Source: Nemertoderma westbladi
Taxonomy: Eukaryota; Animalia; Xenacoelomorpha
Assembly: GCA_032718475.1 (NCBI GenBank)
Contig: JAUCBJ010008683.1
Span: forward strand, 1-40,634
Length of the DNA stretch: 40,634 bases
Reading direction: 5' to 3'
In this document: one piece after another, positions 11,481 to 21,322 of the stretch
Position numbering within the stretch: the stretch's first letter is position 1
How the letters are laid out: the number at the start of each line of letters is the position of its first letter
Made by a program: the position numbers and the translations under genes
The notes under the pieces: generated by a model
Databases searched by the model: none
The model's input: only the letters and a program-made list of their open reading frames with translations
Told to the model about the DNA's origin: nothing

Positions 11481-12283
11481 AAATAATAAAATTCACGGGA
11501 ATAAATTTAAATTCATATTTTAAATGAATTTCATAAATTGTCATTTTGTACAATTTATAACATTCCCAAAATTCCATTAATTAATAGATCATGGGAGCGG
11601 AGATTCATCCTATTGAGTGTATTAGAGTGCGAGAATCTCCAACATATACCGGTAGTCAATAGCCAATAAAATTAATAAAATCATGTATAAAGAGGATATT
11701 GACAATTAAAGAATTACTATTAAATAGCATTCCAGATCTGTATGCATGAGAATTACCCTAATTCTACCGCTAGCTTTCCATAATGTCACCATAGCAACAC
11801 CCACGCTAGAATTAGAAGCAAGTTAAGAGAACAATAGAAAGCTTGTCACATTGCATAGCATAGAGAATACATAGCACACTGTTAGTATCCAAGGATACAC
11901 AGTAATAACGTGACATTCTGGAAGGCACTGACTAACGGACAAATGGCCTGTATGTGTACAATTGGTGACAGTTGTGTGGAATTTGTGCGTTTGTAGGTGA
12001 ATGTTACTGCTAAGGTGTGTTTACAGTAGCTAGTCGCAATTGTGAAAGTAGCCCAACTCTCCTATAGAAAGAACCTAAAGTGGATTCAAGCCTTTGGGAC
12101 GGACAGTGGAGTGACTTGTGCCGGTTATCGTTGTCGTGATGTTGCTACATGTTGGCGTAAACACCGCGACGACGGTACATCGGCACTGAGAATCCCACTG
12201 TCCGGGGCGAAGAGAGGTAGGCAGCGACGCCCGCTCGCCTAAACATAAACTCATTACAATATTAATAAACTCAGATAGCAGAT

Positions 12284-12925
12284 ATGACGGAGTTGATAGA
12301 AGATGATCTTGGTATCAGGGAGCGATATACTCTACCTTTACAAGCATTTGTGGATAGCTTGATACGCGATGAAGCCGATCCAACCATTACGGAGGACGAT
12401 GGTCGTTATATCGAACCGCCGATGTCCCAAGAGCAACTTACGCGTGAATTGGACTATCGAAAATTCACCGCTCGCTATACGCATCGTAATGGTACGTATA
12501 TGGACTTCCTAACTACCGGCCATCCTATCGATTTACATGATACGGACGATGTAGACACCGAAAGGGAAATGGTTCTATTTAAATATCATACCCAGCGGAG
12601 TCGTAACGATAAACCGAGAATAGATCACGAAAATTCTATTCGTAATAGACTGGAAAGAGAAAACGTTGAAGAACCGGATAAACGCATCGACTTCAACGAA
12701 TACCTAGAATTTTTGAGAGAAACCTATCTCAACATCGCTAGTCAGCAGAACTTAGAGACTCGATATCCTCAAGGTATACATCACGACCCTGTGGTAGAAC
12801 TCAAACGGCTCTATTTCACTATGATGTATCTTACCGCCGATCGTCCACTACCTGTTATCCCGGATAGTTTTGAACAAATGGAAGAATATTGCAAAACTGG
12901 AGAACATTCCATACCCTTTCGTTGA
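12284..12925 (+). CDS. Retrotransposon accessory ORF3a, acidic protein of unknown function
   Basis: ATG-initiated 213-aa ORF with coding-like composition inside the element; it ends CCC TTT CGT TGA, overlapping ORF3b. Confidence 0.7.
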   Translation: MTELIEDDLGIRERYTLPLQAFVDSLIRDEADPTITEDDGRYIEPPMSQEQLTRELDYRKFTARYTHRNGTYMDFLTTGHPIDLHDTDDVDTEREMVLFKYHTQRSRNDKPRIDHENSIRNRLERENVEEPDKRIDFNEYLEFLRETYLNIASQQNLETRYPQGIHHDPVVELKRLYFTMMYLTADRPLPVIPDSFEQMEEYCKTGEHSIPFR

Positions 12926-14672
12926 TACTCAGCTGATTGCTCCCTGGGCAGAAGGTCGAGGTTTCTTCCGCACTATGTATGCTAATACGTCTAGCAACAT
13001 TACAAAGGTGCAACGAACTTCCATCGGACATCTTGCCTTTCAGGAATACGGATGGAATTTCAAAGTCGGAAATCCCATTAACTATCAACAAGTATACGGA
13101 GACCATTATTCTCGATTATACTTTGATGGACCATTGACCGCACCTGGTGCCGTGTATAGCTTCATGAGTGTTCCACTCCATCCCTCCTTAGCTATATACA
13201 CGATCTTTGAAAACACCGCACTTGCCGGTTGGCTAGCCGATGTGTGCAGTCGTACTATACGCGCCCATCCATTAATACTTGGGACCAAACTCGCTAAGCT
13301 AGATGAACATAATAAATTCATCCGTTTCGAATGTTTCCGGCGATTTTTAACCCCGTTCCGCAACGTGGATAGCCAATTTAAAGACCGCGCTTTGACCAAG
13401 CTCAGCCTAAGAAACTCAGCTGCAGAGAAGTTGGATAGCGCTGGATTCGCCGTTTTCCAAGAGATTTGTATATCGAACTTGCACTCCTCTGTTATACAAA
13501 GACCTCGACTCCCCACAGGTTATTCTGTCGTGGAAATTCAGACAATAGGTCCACCTGAAGAGACAGATGCGCCCACTTCAGCTATGCACTTGGAAGACGA
13601 ACCTATATGTCTAGAATCTGAAGAGATTCAGCCTATCGCGCCCCGGAACAGCGACAACGATTACATCATAGAATGGTATCAAGGTCCACAGTGTCTCACT
13701 GCGTACGATTGTCGACATGCCAACTATGTTTCTAGGCAACGTTGTCGGTTATGCGCATCGAGAGACCACGATACGCCCATGGACACCAACGTCCGCTGTT
13801 CCTATTTCCAAGAACAACCGACTATGGAAATTTATTGCGCATATTGCAGACTCAATAACTTGCATATCTTTGCGGTTTGCCCTCAATTTATGACTCAATG
13901 TCACCATTGTCAACTAAAGGGACATGCCAGTTTCGATTGCCCTTTTAATCACGATTTGGAAAGCGTAGATGAAATGATCACACTACGTTACATCAGAGCT
14001 TGGGAAGCGAACGCTGATTTACATTGTGATTCGCGCCATCGCTATTATCCCGGACGCGCTTACGAAGGAGTTTATGCGTTCCATCCTTATCTATTTGCTT
14101 CGGTTGAACAGAAATCACGCATATCAAGTTACGAGCTACTGAAGCGCGTCGGAGAATGTATTTCAACCAAATTCGTACGCAAATTTCTCAGGAGTGTTAA
14201 TCCTAGCGACCTTCATTCCTATAACTTAATCAATTATATCCGTCAGGATCCGGACTATGGAGACTTGTTTGTTAACTCACACCCCGAGTTACAGGAAGTA
14301 TATCGACGGCCTTACGAATACCGAGCCCGCGAACGCGAGTTGGAAAGGACCATTAAACCCCGGAGGTTTCTAACTGCCTATGGTCCACCCACGGCCCTCG
14401 TTCAGACCACTCGTAAAGGACCCGTAAGAGCAGCTGTCTTGAAACGAGCTCTCAAAGCCGTTAGACCTCTCTCCCCTGACGTTGATGTCAATCAACCCGG
14501 TACTTCGACTGGCGGATACACCGACCATAATCCTATACCCTCTGATGCAATCATATTGCACCCTTCACCCAGGAGTTATAGCCCTCCTTGTAAAGTGGCT
14601 CGCCCCAAAGAGAAAAGGACTCTGGCTAGCTTTAAAAAACTGCGTAAACGCCGTCCGCGCAAGAAAGACTAA
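12870..14672 (+). CDS. Retrotransposon accessory ORF3b, CCHC zinc-finger protein with basic C-terminal tail
   Basis: 600 open codons containing CRLCASRDH..C, CAYCRLNNLHIFAVC and a canonical CX2CX4HX4C (CHHCQLKGHASFDC), with C-terminal KKLRKRRPRKK. The listed start is TTG, so the real start is uncertain. Confidence 0.8.
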   Translation: MNKWKNIAKLENIPYPFVDTQLIAPWAEGRGFFRTMYANTSSNITKVQRTSIGHLAFQEYGWNFKVGNPINYQQVYGDHYSRLYFDGPLTAPGAVYSFMSVPLHPSLAIYTIFENTALAGWLADVCSRTIRAHPLILGTKLAKLDEHNKFIRFECFRRFLTPFRNVDSQFKDRALTKLSLRNSAAEKLDSAGFAVFQEICISNLHSSVIQRPRLPTGYSVVEIQTIGPPEETDAPTSAMHLEDEPICLESEEIQPIAPRNSDNDYIIEWYQGPQCLTAYDCRHANYVSRQRCRLCASRDHDTPMDTNVRCSYFQEQPTMEIYCAYCRLNNLHIFAVCPQFMTQCHHCQLKGHASFDCPFNHDLESVDEMITLRYIRAWEANADLHCDSRHRYYPGRAYEGVYAFHPYLFASVEQKSRISSYELLKRVGECISTKFVRKFLRSVNPSDLHSYNLINYIRQDPDYGDLFVNSHPELQEVYRRPYEYRARERELERTIKPRRFLTAYGPPTALVQTTRKGPVRAAVLKRALKAVRPLSPDVDVNQPGTSTGGYTDHNPIPSDAIILHPSPRSYSPPCKVARPKEKRTLASFKKLRKRRPRKKD

Positions 14673-14740
14673 CTGTTTAGAGTATTTACGTATATTAGAA
14701 ACTGTGATTTTGTATATTTTATAGACTCAAATCCCATTTT

Positions 14741-14750
14741 CTGGGAGCGG
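14741..14750 (+). promoter_or_regulatory. Polypurine-tract-like plus-strand primer site
   Basis: ctgggagcgg immediately precedes tgtaaaagc, the point where LTR homology begins. Confidence 0.65.
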
Positions 14751-15996
14751 TGTAAAAGCTTCTGTGGGATATAACTGGCCCCTTTGCTTCGCAATCCAGT
14801 TTCCCCCCAGGCGCTGGAATACTCTAAAAGGCTCTCTAACTATATATATATTCCCCTCGCCCGCAAGGTACCGTTATAAGTGTTTTAACGGACATAAAAG
14901 TCATTCTTCTATATACGTGTTTTGGCGGACATGGTAAGGCAAAAAACCCGCAATGCACCAAATACCTTTACACAGCTTAGCCTTGATGATTCAGATTACG
15001 ACATCTAACAGCTGGTTGCTGACATGGGAACAGCCATTGGACACATGGTTCTTTGTTTAGCTTAAGCCAATCAGAGCGATTTTTTCTGTCGATGTGGAGA
15101 TATTCGGCCGATCATACTAGGAGTGTTCAGTCTTACTGTTTTTGTGATACTGTTGTGTTGTTGCTATCTAGGCCAGGAACACCGGCTCTAGAGTCAATTC
15201 GTTTTCATACTTTAGAAGAAACATTAGTAGGCTTAAATTATAGAGCGTATAACTGTTATCTTATCATAACAACTGATCGCAATTCAGTTTTACATTATCG
15301 GTTCAATATACATTATTATACTGCTATTTACTATTGTTTGGTTGAATATTATTTGGAGAATATCTATAAAGAACCCAAATTTCCCAATTTTCTTGATACA
15401 CTACAGGTTAGAGAGACGGGTTATATATAGCGATTGCGACTTATATTATTGTGGTTTGTAGTGAATTTAATGCTATTTGATAAGCACTACATGAGTCCGT
15501 TGCTGTTCTCTTTATATATGATAAAATTCATTGACGGTCGGCAAATTAGTGAGCAGTATTGTGTGTTACCGGTAGTGTGCCTGATTGTGACTGATAACTA
15601 AGCATTTCCTAAAGATTGCGCCTCATACGTGAATCATAAGCCTTACCGACTTACCGTTGTGATTAGTATAAGTCATATCTCTGTTTACCTAGATAGAGCG
15701 CCACGTCCTAAAGGAACTGTTAATATTTCCCGAAAGTGAATAATATTAGTCAGAAATTATTTATTAACGATCAATCGAATAATACAGTAAGCTTACACTG
15801 CAATAATAATCTAAGCCCTCAGAATCCAGTCTCCCGGGTATATCCAGCGGGTGAATGGACGCGCACTAGGCTGGCTTCTGCTAATGTTGTGTTTATTGGT
15901 ATTAAATATTTGTCAACTTCTAAAGTCTATTTATAAACCAAAAGACATATAAATTTTGGCAGGTTAAACTGCTAAAGGTCTTCAAAAGCGCGTACA
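14751..15996 (+). repeat. 3' LTR (possibly truncated on the right near the LINE)
   Basis: Starts TGT after the PPT. Homology to 422-1616 (inverted) ends at ...gcgcgtaca 15996. Confidence 0.8.
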
Positions 15997-16060
15997 GTTT
16001 CAAATTTGGTTGACTATATATGTCCGTATTTCTGGATAAAGGGGCATCATAGGATTCAGA

Positions 16061-16950
16061 CTCGATTGCTGCAAAGCTATACAATAGAATTATATTAAAT
16101 CGCATCAGGGATCCCATTGAGAGACTGCTCCATGGGAATCAGAATGGGTTCCATAAAGGTCGTGGGACCATTGAGCCCATTTTGGCACTTAGAAGGATAA
16201 TTGAAGAGTTATCAAAAAAGAAAGACAGGCATCTGGCTGTTATCTTTGTTGACTTCTTCAAGGCCTTTGATTCAGTCTCTCGCTCACGTATGTTCAGCAT
16301 ACTTTCATTATATGGGATTCCTGATGAAATTATTCAGCAATCAGATCAGTATACGATGGTTTGACAACATTTGTGTCTACTGTTGACGGTGACACGGAAC
16401 CATTTGAAATGTTATGGGGCGTCCTCCAGGGAGACACACTTGCACCATTCTTGTTCATAATTGTGGTTGACTATGTTCTACGCATGTCCTTAGATTATTT
16501 AGAGCAGCAGTAGTTCCAGTACTCCTTTATGAGAGTCCATGCTGGGCTCTAACTGCGGAGGACACCAAATCTCTGGATGGCACATTCACAAGAATGCTAC
16601 GCCGGGTTCATTGTGTCAAGTGCAATGCACACATCTCCAACCAGACACTATATAACACTGGAGGTGTCTCATTGATTCCCCCAAGCTTGACACTAGAACA
16701 AAATCGCCTCCGCTTTGCAGGACATTGCTTTCGCCGTGAGGACTAGCCAGTGCATAATCTTGTAGATTGGCATCCTCAAGGGAGTAAATAAGCATGGTGG
16801 ACAGCCCATGACTTTCTTGAGACGCATCTTAAAGGACACTGGCCTTGAAGATGCGGATGATCTAGCAAATATCATGGGTGATAGGGAGTTGTGGCGGCGC
16901 AATTTTGTCGACAAGCCGGCACAGTATTCTTAAAAATGCAGCTGCAATGC
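16061..16950 (+). mobile_element. RTE-type LINE fragment, internally deleted copy
   Basis: 16061-~16495 is near-identical to 18133-~18568, then it jumps to sequence matching ~18997-19432. Confidence 0.9.
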
Positions 16951-19459
16951 ACTCCACCTAGTGTTGCCCCTGTAGAGGTGGTGGAAAATTTCTACCAAAA
17001 TCTACAAGTAGCTACTGATGGAGTGGATCAGCATGCATTCTTAACATTCCTGGGAGACTTTAATGAAAGTCTGCATCAATCACCTACATCGCCCTGGGTC
17101 TATAGCAATAGTGTTAACCGAAATTCCGTCCATCTTCAGGATTTTATCTCTGGAAATGGATTATTTCGGCTGGAACCCAGTTCAAGAAGCAAACTGGAAA
17201 GCTATGGACTCATAGTGGACCCAGTGGTCACAAGTCCCCGATAGACCATATTCTGTTTCGTAGGAATAACAAGATGCCAACAAGCAGGAACAAGCATGCC
17301 TGGTCCTCTCTGTTGCAACAGCCAAGTGTGAGATCCAGCTTCACACTGCAGCTGAGCAACAGGTATGAGGTTCTTGCCTCTGAGGCGGCAGATCACTGTG
17401 AGGGCTATACTGCCTTCACATAAAAAGTTAAGTTAGCAGCTGCAGAAACAGTTCCTGTATACCCTCGAAACAGGAAAAGGGCCCCCTGGACTGACCACAA
17501 AATTCAGAAGTGCCGAAATGACCTCTATAAGGCGCAGAAAGAGTCCCGACTCAAACAGACTACAGCGGCCAAGAATGCAGTTAAGGCTGCATCTAGGTCC
17601 CTGAACAGGCAATACTCTGTTAATCTACAGGAGCAAATAAACCAACAGGTTGATGCCATCAATGATGCTAACGACACCAGGCAATCATAACAGGCATGGA
17701 AATCGATCAACTTGCTTACTGGGCGGAAAAGCCAACCAACCACCAAGGTTAAGGCTGAATCACCAGCCGATCGCCTCAATGGTTGGAAGGCCCACTTTGA
17801 AAAGCTCCTCAATAATGACAGGGTATTGCCTGATAACTTTATAGAAGTAAAAGTGTCTGAGTCTGTACTCCCAGATATTCCCATTGGCGATATCTCCTTT
17901 GCAGAGTGAAGGCTGCTGCAAAGAGCATTAAGACCAATAGCGCCAGTGGAGTAGATGGTGTTCCCCCTGAGGTCTTTAAAATACCTGAGTGTTTAAAGCT
18001 CATCTATCCCATCATAGTAGACATGTACCGAACAACAAGAGTCCCACAAGAAATGAAAACAAATAAGTTGGTGCCAGTTCCCAAGAAGGGCAACGTAACA
18101 CTCTATGGTTCTTTTCGGGGAATCTCATTGATCTCGATTGCTGCAAAGCTATACAATAGAATTATATTAAATCGCATCAGGGATCCCATTGAGAGACTGC
18201 TCCATGGGAATCAGAATGGGTTCCATAAGGGTCGTGGGACCATGGAGCCCATTTTGGCACTTAGAAGGATAATTGAAGAGTTATCAAAAAAGAAAGACAG
18301 GCATCTGGCTGTTATCTTTGTTGACTTCTTCAAGGCCTTTGATTCAGTCTCTCGCTCACGTATGTTCAGCATACTTTCATTATATGGGATTCCTGATGAA
18401 ATTATTGCAGCAATCAGATCAGTATACGATGGTTTGACAACATTTGTGTCTACTGTTGACGGTGACACAGAACCATTTGAAGTGTTATGGGGCGTCCTCC
18501 AGGGAGACACACTTGCACCATTCTTGTTCATAATTGTGGTTGACTATGTTCTACGCATGTCCTTAGATCATCATAATGATGATGGGGTGATGATAACTCC
18601 ACCTACTGGCTCCAGAAGTCGAGGAAATCCTGCCAAGTACCTAACTGATCTAGACTTTGCTGATGACTTAGGAGTACTCTCAGAATCACTAGAGGGGGCA
18701 CAACAGCTCCCCAGCTCATTAGAACATGCTGCTTCTAGTGTTGGTCTTTTTATTAACTCCAGAAAGACCAAACTTTTGACAGTTAACTTTGAAAGTCCTC
18801 AGCAAGTCTCTGATCGGATGAGCATAAGCTCAACGGATGGTATGCTTGAGCACTGTGGACGACTTCTGTTACCTGGGATCATGGATTCGGAAGTCAGGTG
18901 AGGACCTTCGAATACGTAAGGGAAAGGCATGGGCTGCCTTGAATAGGCTTTCCAGGATTTGGAAGTCACCGAGAATTAATCGGAAACTTAAGGTCCGATT
19001 ATTTAGAGCAGCAGTAGTTCCAGTACTCCTTTATGAGAGTCCATGCTGGGCTCTAACTGCTGAGGACACCAAATCTCTGGATGGCACATTCACAAGAATG
19101 CTACGCCGGGTTCATTGTGTCAAGTACAATGCACACATCTCCAACCAGACACTATATAACACTGGAGGTGTCTCATTGATTCCCCCAAGCTTGACACTAG
19201 AACAAAATCGCCTCCGCTTTGCAGGACATTGCTTTCGCCGTGAGGACTAGCCAGTGCATAATCTTGTAGATTGGCATCCTCAAGGGAGTAAATAAGCATG
19301 ACTTTCTTGCGACGCATCTTAAAGGACACTGGCCTTGAAGATGCGGATGATCTATCATGGGTGATAGGGAGTTGTGGCGGCGCAATTTTGTCGACAAGCC
19401 GGCACAGCATTCTTAAAAATGCAGCTGCAATGCAGCATGCCGCCGATCCTAGTAGTAGT
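16951..19459 (+). mobile_element. Non-LTR retrotransposon (RTE-clade-like), 5'-truncated and frameshifted
   Basis: APE endonuclease remnant (ENFYQNLQ...LGDFN, ~16951-17250); RT ORF 17906-18901 (FRGISL, QNGF, FVDFFKAFDSV, GVLQGDTLAPFLF, DLDFADD); C-terminal frame 18837-19250 (FCYLGS, RLRFAGHCFR); 3' (TAG)n tail ctagtagtagt. Confidence 0.9.
17906..19250 (+). pseudogene. LINE reverse transcriptase coding region, disrupted
   Basis: RT motifs are split across frames 17712-17909, 17906-18901 and 18837-19250 by frameshifts and stops. Confidence 0.85.
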
Positions 19460-19501
19460 TTATTTCAAAGGTTTTATTTAAGGTGTTTTAACAAAACAAA
19501 C

Positions 19502-19574
19502 TGGTTCAGCCCGGGGTCGAACCGGGGACCTTGTGCGTGTGAGGCACACGTGATAACCTCTACTCTACTGAACC
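19502..19574 (-). tRNA. tRNA-Val (anticodon CAC)
   Basis: Minus strand GGTTCAG...CTGAACC-A acceptor stem; anticodon arm TGTGC-CTCACAC-GCACA; T arm CCCGG-TTCGACC-CCGGG; 73 nt with a T-run downstream. The D arm has atypical substitutions (GAGTAGAGG), so it could be a pseudogene. Confidence 0.85.
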
Positions 19575-21118
19575 ACGAGTACTGACTGTAAAACTAGCTG
19601 ATGAAATCATGTTCTTGAAAATTGCACCCTGTGTCCTGATAATTTCAAAAGGAAAAACTGTATTCCAAAATTAAATAAGTATAAGACATGGTGTTAACAT
19701 GGTTACCATGGTCACAGAAAGAAAATTTATTAACAGAGCAACTAACAGATGGAAACGTCGTTCAACAGTTTGTCAGTAAAAATTAAACGCAGTATTATAA
19801 TAATTGGAATACAATGAAAATTCAACAATATTAACTTATTGAAACTATTTAATACATCATTGTGTGTATAATACAGCACTTTACAGGATATTCTCGGTTG
19901 AACGCAACGGTTTACGCGCAGAATCGATTGCAAAATAACTTTTGTTACAGAACTAAAATACAGTGTTCAATACTTTCACATATAAAGTGATAAAATATGA
20001 AATTAAATTGCAATGTTAAAAGGATTTGAACGAAATAATGCTTCAATTGTGGAATCAATTAAAATTAATTACACAAAATAAACTGGGTGTAACACTATAA
20101 GTTGACCACCAAAAACCGTTAAAAAGAAAAAAACGAAACTGTAGGCTATGTTCTTCATTCTCGCTTATTGTTTTGATTAGAATAGCCTAAGATTATAATG
20201 TGTTCCTTTCCGTTACCGCTACTAACTGTTTTCGGCTGTAGGTTTCCGGCACAGCGTTTACACTCAAAGGAATTAAAGGGAAGAAAAATTAACAACTAAA
20301 CTTTCTAGAACTGTTAGTATACCTGTACCGGTACACATAGGTCAGTTAGTAGAAACGATATTGCTGGTGTACAGACTGTACCGTAGACCGATAGGTGGAC
20401 AACGAATGCATCTATAAAGCAAATAGTCGCTATTAGTTCAATAAACTCTAAAAATATAAACATAAAGGCAATTAATGCAACAATATTAACTTAATAATAG
20501 TCTAGGTTAACAGGGATTCAACTCACTAAAATTAATTTACTAAGAAAAAAAAAACAATATAAATCACCATGAATGACATAAAATAAAATTATAAACATTA
20601 AAATTAGTTAAATTAATAAATAAAAAACTATATTAAATACCGGTGATCGAATTAGGCCTATTATAAACACCGGTGAACTTAATAATGGAATAGGGAGGGT
20701 CTCCGGCAAGAATCTAACTGCGAGATAATGACGTCATATAAATAGATTAGAACCAATCAACGTTTAGTACGCCCACTCAGAGTTGTAGATAATGCAGCCA
20801 GAATAATAATTGCCCCATATGATCGACGCCATACTGTGTATAAATAAATCACTAACTCAATCTAAAAAAATTAAATAGCAAAGTTAATTAAAAATTAATA
20901 TGACTTTGTGCCAGTACAGTGCATAAAATAAACATTAACTAAGATATAAATAACTGCATTACTTACCAATAAAAATGGACATAAATATTAAAAAAGGGAG
21001 AAATAGTGTTTTTAAGTACACTAATTGTGCTTAAAAAATAGTTGTGCTTAAAAAAGATATAACCGACAACTACTAGGCCTACCTAATATAACCGACAACA
21101 AACTATTTATAGGCCAAC

Positions 21119-21322
21119 CTAATATTCCGCGTTTACTTCGTCAAATAGAAGTTTCATGTCATCTAAAGCTTTCCAAAGTTCTCTTTGGAACTTCCTAGAG
21201 TTGGTAACATTCATGGATCTTTTGGAGGAAATGTGGAAAAATATTCTGGAATCCTCTGGTATCATGTAAGAGACACCGTAGCCATCGTCGCATACCGGTC
21301 CGAATCCGCCCCCAGGGGAGAC
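21119..21322 (-). CDS. CPT1: Carnitine O-palmitoyltransferase 1-like, terminal exon
   Basis: ttag| VSPGGGFGPVCDDGYGVSYMIPEDSRIFFHISSKRS...LFDEVNAEY*; GGGFGPV-DDGYGVSY and FHISSK are CPT1 hallmarks. Confidence 0.93.
   Translation of the reverse strand, partial: VSPGGGFGPVCDDGYGVSYMIPEDSRIFFHISSKRSMNVTNSRKFQRELWKALDDMKLLFDEVNAEY

Larger units (their letters stand above)
1617..15996 (+). mobile_element. BEL/Pao (Belpaoviridae) LTR retrotransposon with extra 3' ORFs; 5' boundary uncertain
   Basis: Domain order is gag (3 Zn knuckles)-PR-RT-RH-IN. A PPT-like tract followed by TG-start LTR lies at 14751. No direct-orientation 5' LTR or clear PBS is seen. Confidence 0.9.

Noticed and set aside
12870-14672. 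env gene
   Set aside because: No visible signal peptide or transmembrane anchor; it has zinc knuckles and a basic tail instead.
15053-15430. 125-aa ORF in the 3' LTR
   Set aside because: TTG start, AT-rich, no motif, and the homologous LTR region is indel-ridden.
16321-19605. Other CTGATGA occurrences (16321, 18393, 18660, 19598)
   Set aside because: No stem II/GAAA/stem I arrangement, so they are not hammerheads.
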